Origin: a virus
IMG/VR virus record: IMGVR_UViG_2651869533_000065
Location: 1-38,147 of that record
Direction: 5' to 3' (one strand)
Length of the DNA stretch: 38,147 nt
Positions 33,417-38,147 of this stretch are shown piece by piece (position 1 is the first letter of the stretch; every line of letters begins with the position of its first letter). The notes beneath the pieces are model-generated. The model ran no database searches and was not told the origin of the DNA. It saw only the letters and a program-made list of their open reading frames with translations. A program made the position numbers and the translations under genes.

Positions 33417-33425
33417 ACTATCTCC

Positions 33426-33752
33426 TTAAACGTAGTAGCCGGATACGTAGACTGAACCCGTTCCTGCGGTGCCTTTTACATAGACCTGAGTATTTCTCGG
33501 AAACAAAGCTACTTGCGCATTAGGCTGAGCATTTGCCTGCGAAGGGAGTTCGAAAACAGTATTAGCTGGTATGAACTCATGATCATCTACGCCGTTGTAG
33601 CTAACCGTTATTGCCGTGCTACTGCCATTAATAATGCGAACAAAAAACGGAGGATTAGCGAATCCTAGTCCATTAACAGCCGCATAGGTTCCTGTTACAG
33701 AAGCTGATGCTAGAGAAGATAGAAGTAGAGGTTTTACAGAATTTTGTGCCAT
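33426..33752 (-). CDS. Small beta-rich protein, 108 aa (paralogue of 33063..33416)
   Basis: Start moved to ATG 33752, 1 nt after the stop of the upstream gene. Contains GTYAAVNGLGFANPPFFVRIINGSSTAITVSYNGVDDHE. Confidence 0.7.
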   Translation of the reverse strand: MAQNSVKPLLLSSLASASVTGTYAAVNGLGFANPPFFVRIINGSSTAITVSYNGVDDHEFIPANTVFELPSQANAQPNAQVALFPRNTQVYVKGTAGTGSVYVSGYYV

Positions 33753-33753
33753 G

Positions 33754-33948
33754 TTAAGCCTCTTCCGAAACTGAAGGTTCTGCTGGCTTAAAATTTTGAG
33801 CCGATTGTTGAGCAAGTTCACTCAACTTTTGAAGCATTTCAAATGAAGCGTCTATCGCATTGCCGTAACTAGCCCCAGTAGGCATATATAAAACAAAGGT
33901 ATAACCGCCTTTTTCAACTTCTAAAGATATGTTCTGTTTCATTTCCAT
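33754..33948 (-). CDS. Hypothetical protein, 64 aa
   Basis: ORF with SD AAGGAGAG before ATG 33948. Confidence 0.6.
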   Translation of the reverse strand: MEMKQNISLEVEKGGYTFVLYMPTGASYGNAIDASFEMLQKLSELAQQSAQNFKPAEPSVSEEA

Positions 33949-34031
33949 GTTCTCTCCTTAGATTGTTTATCACAGCCTCCCGATCCCTAAAGACCAGAAA
34001 GCTGTGATGAGTAGTAATGAAGCCTAATTAA

Positions 34032-35615
34032 TTACGCTGCACACGTTACGTTAGTCCATGCACCAACGCCTGTTGCGATATACATACGAGTAACCGCTGA
34101 AGCAGCTGTCGTGTTGTAATAGGTGTCGCCTACGTGTAGTGCAAGACCATTTCCTGGAGCGCCTGCGCCAGTGTAGATATAGACTGGTCCTGGAAGCGCC
34201 AAGAATGGAGCCGAGACCACTACGCCACCTGTACCACCTTGTAGAGTAGTTGTAGAGGTTGTATTGGTAGAACCTACCGTAACTGCCTTGGCAGCCGCTC
34301 CCGTTCCGATCGATATTGTGGTTGCAGCGGCATCAGCAGATATGTTCATAGCACCTGTGCCAGAAAGTATCGTTAATCCAGCTGCGCCAGATCTGAGCGT
34401 GGTTGCTGAACCAGCGTTGGTTGAACCTATAGTCAAAGTCTTGGCAGCATTCGCCGTGGCAATATTGACTGTGGTTGCTGCAGCATCGGCAGAGATATTC
34501 ATTACCCCTGTACCACTTGATATAGCAACTGCTCCGTTGGTTCCAAGGATTGTTACACCACCAGATCCTGATTGAATTGTGGTTGTTGAGGTAGAGTTGG
34601 TTGAACCTACAGTAACCGTCTTGACAGCGGCTGCGACACCGAGATTTATAGTAGTAGCGGCAGCATCTGAACCGAGAGACATGACTCCTGTTCCAGACGT
34701 GACTACAACAGCGCCATTTAATGCTGCTAGACCGATACCACCAGAACCTGCGTTTAGATCAACAGCAGTTGCTCCTGTAAGGTTACCTATTGTAACTGTA
34801 TGAGCGACGGCATCCGCGCCGATATTTATTGCGCCTGTACCTGAAGTGATGTCGACTACACCATTAACTGCACCCATGGCAATACCATTAGTTCCAGCAC
34901 TTATTACCATGCCGCCAGCTGCATTGCCCGCAACAAGATTAACTGCGTTAGCACCTGCTTTTCCACCAGCAATCGTTACGCCGCCAACGGTAGCCACTAA
35001 ATTTATAGCGCCGTTAGATGTTCCTAGGGTGTTGGTAGCAACAATTGTTGCTGTAGCGCCACCACTAGCAGTGAAACTAATAGCTGGGTTGGTATTAGAA
35101 GTAGAAGTGAAACTTATAGCATCAGGGCTTGTGAGATCAAAATCTCCATTTGCAATCAAGTCACCATTAACAGTAACATCTCCGGTAAAGGTCGAGTTTC
35201 CAGTCACGGCAAGGTCGCCACCTACGGTTTCATTTCCAACAACGGCAAGGTCAGCGCCTACGGTGGTTGCACCAGCAGATAAATTACCAAGGGTAGCTGT
35301 GCTTCCTGGAGCCATATTAAGGTCGCCAGCAGAGATATCTACGTCGCCTGCAGTTACCGTAACATTACCTGGATTTACCGTAAGAGAAGTAAGAGTGGTA
35401 GCACCGCCTGAAGTTGCAGCCCATGTGTTAACGCCGCCAGACGAATCACAGAGAACATAAAAATCTTGCGCATTTTGGTCAACCCAAATGGTACCAAGCT
35501 CAGCAGTGTCGGCTGTTGTTGGAGCGCGTTGTTGTACCTGAGGTTCTTGCTGTAATCCAGCTTGCGGGTTAGGGTAGCCGTAGATGGTATTTCTACGATT
35601 TTTTTGTGTAGGCAT
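34032..35615 (-). CDS. Repeat-containing fibre/receptor-binding protein, 528 aa
   Basis: SD AAGGAGAA precedes ATG 35615, so the track start at 35696 is an unsupported extension. Ala/Gly/Thr/Val-rich with four repeats of about 50 aa (SGTG.MN..ADAAATT..I......K..T.GSTN...TT). Confidence 0.8.
   Translation of the reverse strand: MPTQKNRRNTIYGYPNPQAGLQQEPQVQQRAPTTADTAELGTIWVDQNAQDFYVLCDSSGGVNTWAATSGGATTLTSLTVNPGNVTVTAGDVDISAGDLNMAPGSTATLGNLSAGATTVGADLAVVGNETVGGDLAVTGNSTFTGDVTVNGDLIANGDFDLTSPDAISFTSTSNTNPAISFTASGGATATIVATNTLGTSNGAINLVATVGGVTIAGGKAGANAVNLVAGNAAGGMVISAGTNGIAMGAVNGVVDITSGTGAINIGADAVAHTVTIGNLTGATAVDLNAGSGGIGLAALNGAVVVTSGTGVMSLGSDAAATTINLGVAAAVKTVTVGSTNSTSTTTIQSGSGGVTILGTNGAVAISSGTGVMNISADAAATTVNIATANAAKTLTIGSTNAGSATTLRSGAAGLTILSGTGAMNISADAAATTISIGTGAAAKAVTVGSTNTTSTTTLQGGTGGVVVSAPFLALPGPVYIYTGAGAPGNGLALHVGDTYYNTTAASAVTRMYIATGVGAWTNVTCAA
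34209..34856 (-). repeat. Four tandem in-frame coding repeats of about 150-175 bp inside the fibre gene
   Basis: Protein repeat units begin at residues about 285, 334, 393 and 445 of the 554-aa track translation. Confidence 0.75.
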
Positions 35616-35685
35616 AGGTTTTCTCCTTAGAAGTGAAAAATACTGCGGCCACTCTACTAACCAGACCTTCGTGTAAGCAATAAAA

Positions 35686-35715
35686 TGTGTACACAATTGT
35701 TTTTTGTGCTATACT
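35686..35715 (+). promoter_or_regulatory. Promoter of the RHH gene with overlapping palindromic operator
   Basis: Extended -10 TGCTATACT at 35707..35715. The perfect 10-bp palindrome TGTGTACACA at 35686..35695 occupies the -35 position. Confidence 0.55.
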
Positions 35716-35736
35716 GAAAATAAAAAGGAAATAAAA

Positions 35737-35958
35737 ATGACGAAAAGACTCGGCAGGAAAAGACTGGCAATAGATATCCCTGAAGAATTACATGGCGACA
35801 TAAAGCTTTGTGCAAAAGTTAGGAATATAACGATGACCAAGTGGATTCTAAGAGCATGCTATACCCGAATAAAGAATGAGGGTGTTATGGAAAGTAAGTT
35901 AAACCAAAAAGAAGATGAAAATGGAAAAAACTCTGTGCCTTTTGACCTCTTGTCCTGA
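35737..35958 (+). CDS. Ribbon-helix-helix (CopG/Arc-type) DNA-binding protein, 73 aa
   Basis: KRLAIDIPEELHGDIKLCAKVRNITMTKWILRACYTRIKNE has a beta-strand plus two-helix layout. SD AAGGAA precedes ATG 35737. The track start at 35704 lies inside the promoter. Confidence 0.75.
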   Translation: MTKRLGRKRLAIDIPEELHGDIKLCAKVRNITMTKWILRACYTRIKNEGVMESKLNQKEDENGKNSVPFDLLS

Positions 35959-36001
35959 ATGGACTTGCAATGAAAAGAACCATAGTGCCTGCATAGCACT
36001 A

Positions 36002-36035
36002 CTGCTAATACCAAAGATAGCTCTGGTACTAGCAG
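36002..36035. terminator. Hairpin between convergent genes
   Basis: CTGCTAATACC-12 nt-GGTACTAGCAG, an 11-bp stem with one mismatch, between the stops at 35958 (+) and 36053 (-). Confidence 0.5.
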
Positions 36036-36052
36036 CAATAAAATACTTTAAG

Positions 36053-37456
36053 TTACAGCAACCCCTTAAGCAGGTCGCCTAATCCACCACCGCCTAGAGC
36101 TCCAACACCTGCACCAATCCCTGCACCTAGTCCTGTTCCCAGTCCAGGAATAACACTTCCTGCGGCAGCACCAGTTAGAGCACCCTTGGCTGCACCAGAC
36201 AATGTACCTGGCAGAGCTTTTACAAGTTTTCCTGCACCGTATGAAGCAATAGTTCCTAGCCTAGAAGCAGTAGTAGATCTCAACTTTTCAGCAGCTTCCA
36301 ATTCTTTCTTAAACTTCTTGGATATTTCTTTAGCCATTGGCTTGAAGCGCTCATTAACCTGTTCATGGAGATCTTGTGGTGGTTTTCCACCATTCTCTCT
36401 GATTATCTGTCTTTCTATCTTGGCCATCTCTTTTCCACCGCGATAGTAGCTTTTCATCATAGACCAGATGCGAGCTCTTCCTTCGGGGGTATGTTGTAGA
36501 GTAGGGATAGTTTTTAGAAATTGTTCCATCTCAAAGTTAGTGATTCGACCACCATATATATCCTTAGCACCTCTTTGGAAGTTGGCTAAGATCTTATTGT
36601 AGGCTTCTGCTTCACCAGAAAGAAAACCTGGTACATCTTCCCATTCAGCACCCTTCAAGAATGATGCGAATTGTTGCGAAGGAAAGGTTCCACCCTTTTC
36701 TAATTCTTGAGCTTCTTTTATAGATCTAAGAGCTTCACGAGATGCCTCTTCGATACCAAGGATCTTCTCTCTATAAGGGAGCGTATTCTTCCAAGCAGCA
36801 AGGTCTTCACGAGAAGTAAGCTTGTTACGCTCTAGATCTAGTTTCTCTTTCTCTAAGCGCTGGCGAGGAGGAGTAAGGGCTTCCTTTATAAGGCGCGCTT
36901 TTTCCTGATCCATACCAGGTGCTTGTTGAATTTGTTGAGCAGGCTGCGCAACTTCTTGCGGGCCAGGACCAACTTGAGGTTGTCCATTTTGACCTTGTTG
37001 CAGCATGCCCATGAGAGCTTCTCTTGGGATCTCCGCTTGAGACAAAGCCTGTCTAAGCAATGGATTAACATTCTGATTACTAAGAAAGTCAGAAGCATTA
37101 AGATTGCGACCTGGGCCTTGTTGCTGAAGCGCACCCATACCTGACTGTGCGGCTTCTTGCTGTGGCATTCCAGATAGAGGACTAGATTGTCCTTGTCCCT
37201 GCTCTTGATCAAGCTTTTGGCCCAATTCCATTAAGAACCCAGGATTTTGCAAGAGTGTCTTTTGTGTTTCAGCATCTACATTGGTCAAAAGATTGGCGAC
37301 AGAACGCCCAAAAAGAGGCTCCAATCCTTTAGCTACTTGAGCCTTTTCATGATGCTTTTGAACTTGTTCTAATTTTTGTTGAGCCAGTTGCTGAAGACCT
37401 GCACCTAAAGAAGCGCCAAGTCGACCACCAGCATTTGAATCTGCTATTACTTGCAT
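36053..37456 (-). CDS. Putative internal virion / ejection protein, 467 aa, Gln-rich with C-terminal glycine zipper
   Basis: Sits between tail and fibre genes as T7 gp14-16 do. Low-complexity Gln/Gly N-terminal half. The C-terminus reads GSVIPGLGTGLGAGIGAGVGALGGGGLG. Confidence 0.55.
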   Translation of the reverse strand: MQVIADSNAGGRLGASLGAGLQQLAQQKLEQVQKHHEKAQVAKGLEPLFGRSVANLLTNVDAETQKTLLQNPGFLMELGQKLDQEQGQGQSSPLSGMPQQEAAQSGMGALQQQGPGRNLNASDFLSNQNVNPLLRQALSQAEIPREALMGMLQQGQNGQPQVGPGPQEVAQPAQQIQQAPGMDQEKARLIKEALTPPRQRLEKEKLDLERNKLTSREDLAAWKNTLPYREKILGIEEASREALRSIKEAQELEKGGTFPSQQFASFLKGAEWEDVPGFLSGEAEAYNKILANFQRGAKDIYGGRITNFEMEQFLKTIPTLQHTPEGRARIWSMMKSYYRGGKEMAKIERQIIRENGGKPPQDLHEQVNERFKPMAKEISKKFKKELEAAEKLRSTTASRLGTIASYGAGKLVKALPGTLSGAAKGALTGAAAGSVIPGLGTGLGAGIGAGVGALGGGGLGDLLKGLL

Positions 37457-37465
37457 CGTCTCTCC

Positions 37466-38089
37466 TTAACGCTTCTGCATATTTTGCAATGCATTATTCA
37501 ACATATACGACTGATAGAACGATGGGGCCGCTTGAATACTTCCTTGAAGCAAGTTTTCTCCAAAACCAGGCTGACTCTGCTGATAGAAGTTCTGGAATGA
37601 TGGGCTTAGACCTAAAGACAATTGAGCTAAAGCGTTCTGTTGATTCTGTTGACCATATTGCTGTTTCATTGCAGCAAGTTGACCACCTAAACCAGCACCA
37701 GCTTGTCCTAATTGAGAGTAGATATTAGGAGAACTTAAAGCATTATTGCCCATAGACGTAAACCGTTCTGCTATAGAAGGAACGATATTTTGATGGAATT
37801 GGTTCTGGGCGTAGTTAGAGATGTCTTCAAAGCCTGCATAGGGATTCTGTAGGTTTTGCTGGCCCTTACCTAAAAGCATAGATAGAATTTGTTGTTGTTG
37901 GGGATTCAAGGTTTGTACCTGTTTGACCCCACCCTTCTCTCCACCACCAAATAAACCACCTAATAGTCCCAGAATACCTCCGCCTGCTGCACCAATAGCA
38001 GTTCCTATTCCTGGAACAATACTACCAACAGCAGCACCTGCTCCAGCCCCACCTAAGCCACCCTGAAGACCTCCTAACCAATTTGCCAT
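37466..38089 (-). CDS. Putative internal virion / ejection protein, 207 aa, N-terminal glycine zipper, Gln-rich
   Basis: The N-terminus reads GGLQGGLGGAGAGAAVGSIVPGIGTAIGAAGGGILGLLGGLFGGG. The start codon lies inside the terminal overlap. Confidence 0.55.
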   Translation of the reverse strand: MANWLGGLQGGLGGAGAGAAVGSIVPGIGTAIGAAGGGILGLLGGLFGGGEKGGVKQVQTLNPQQQQILSMLLGKGQQNLQNPYAGFEDISNYAQNQFHQNIVPSIAERFTSMGNNALSSPNIYSQLGQAGAGLGGQLAAMKQQYGQQNQQNALAQLSLGLSPSFQNFYQQSQPGFGENLLQGSIQAAPSFYQSYMLNNALQNMQKR

Positions 38090-38147
38090 CGTCTCTCCTG
38101 TTTAAAATTTTACATATTCCAAGGTAACCTGCGAGTCGGTAAACGTA
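38047..38147. repeat. Terminal direct repeat, right copy
   Basis: Identical to 1..101. Confidence 0.95.

Noticed and set aside
34264-35460. Three plus-strand ORFs (103, 74 and 204 aa) antisense to the 528-aa fibre gene
   Set aside because: They mirror a GC-rich, Ala/Gly/Thr/Val-periodic coding strand, giving Pro/Ala/Val-rich nonsense. They have no SD and lie entirely inside the fibre gene. The same applies to 30435..30776 and 32703..32891 in the other fibres.
35616-35696. 27-codon N-terminal extension of the 528-aa fibre ORF, and the 11-codon extension of the RHH ORF (35704..35736)
   Set aside because: In both cases a strong SD sits just before the internal ATG and the extension runs through promoter sequence. 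The same logic was applied to the portal (15588..15602) and the capsid gene (7472..7492).

Overview
The window is a complete, closed genome of about 38.0 kb from a tailed dsDNA phage. Bases 1..101 are repeated exactly at 38047..38147. I see no tape-measure, tube or sheath gene. The order portal - scaffold - capsid - small tail genes - 746-aa nozzle-like protein - Gly/Gln-rich internal proteins - fibres is podovirus-like, so a short-tailed virion is inferred. Almost all genes are on the minus strand.

Modules:
- Virion module, 56..8517 (-): N4-gp56-like major capsid protein, scaffold, a second abundant 341-aa protein, and tail proteins.
- Mixed-orientation cargo island, about 9.0-13.1 kb, splitting the portal from the scaffold. 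It carries a PhzF-fold isomerase, a VioC/AsnO-type Fe(II)/2OG amino-acid hydroxylase, a 70-aa ORF behind a terminator-containing leader, and a secreted G1 glutamic peptidase with a Lys-rich DUF6496-like protein. Each unit has its own readable promoter or terminator signals.
- Portal and large terminase, 13542..17623 (-).
- Minus-strand early/middle operon, 17595..25220: Cro-like HTH, ERF recombinase, replication initiator, RusA, two TerS-like HTH paralogues, zinc-ribbon proteins.
- Back-to-back promoter switch, 25221..25403.
- Plus-strand operon, 25404..28586, with a second ERF-like gene and membrane proteins.
- Three fibre/receptor-binding genes, 28652..35615 (-). They carry C1q/TNF-like head domains, an S74-type chaperone domain and internal repeats.
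- One oppositely oriented RHH regulator, 35737..35958.
- Two glycine-zipper, Gln-rich putative ejection proteins, 36053..38089.

I could not recognise an integrase, tRNA, CRISPR array, DNA/RNA polymerase or canonical endolysin. All family assignments come from motifs read by eye and remembered family signatures, not from searches. The host cannot be inferred from sequence alone.
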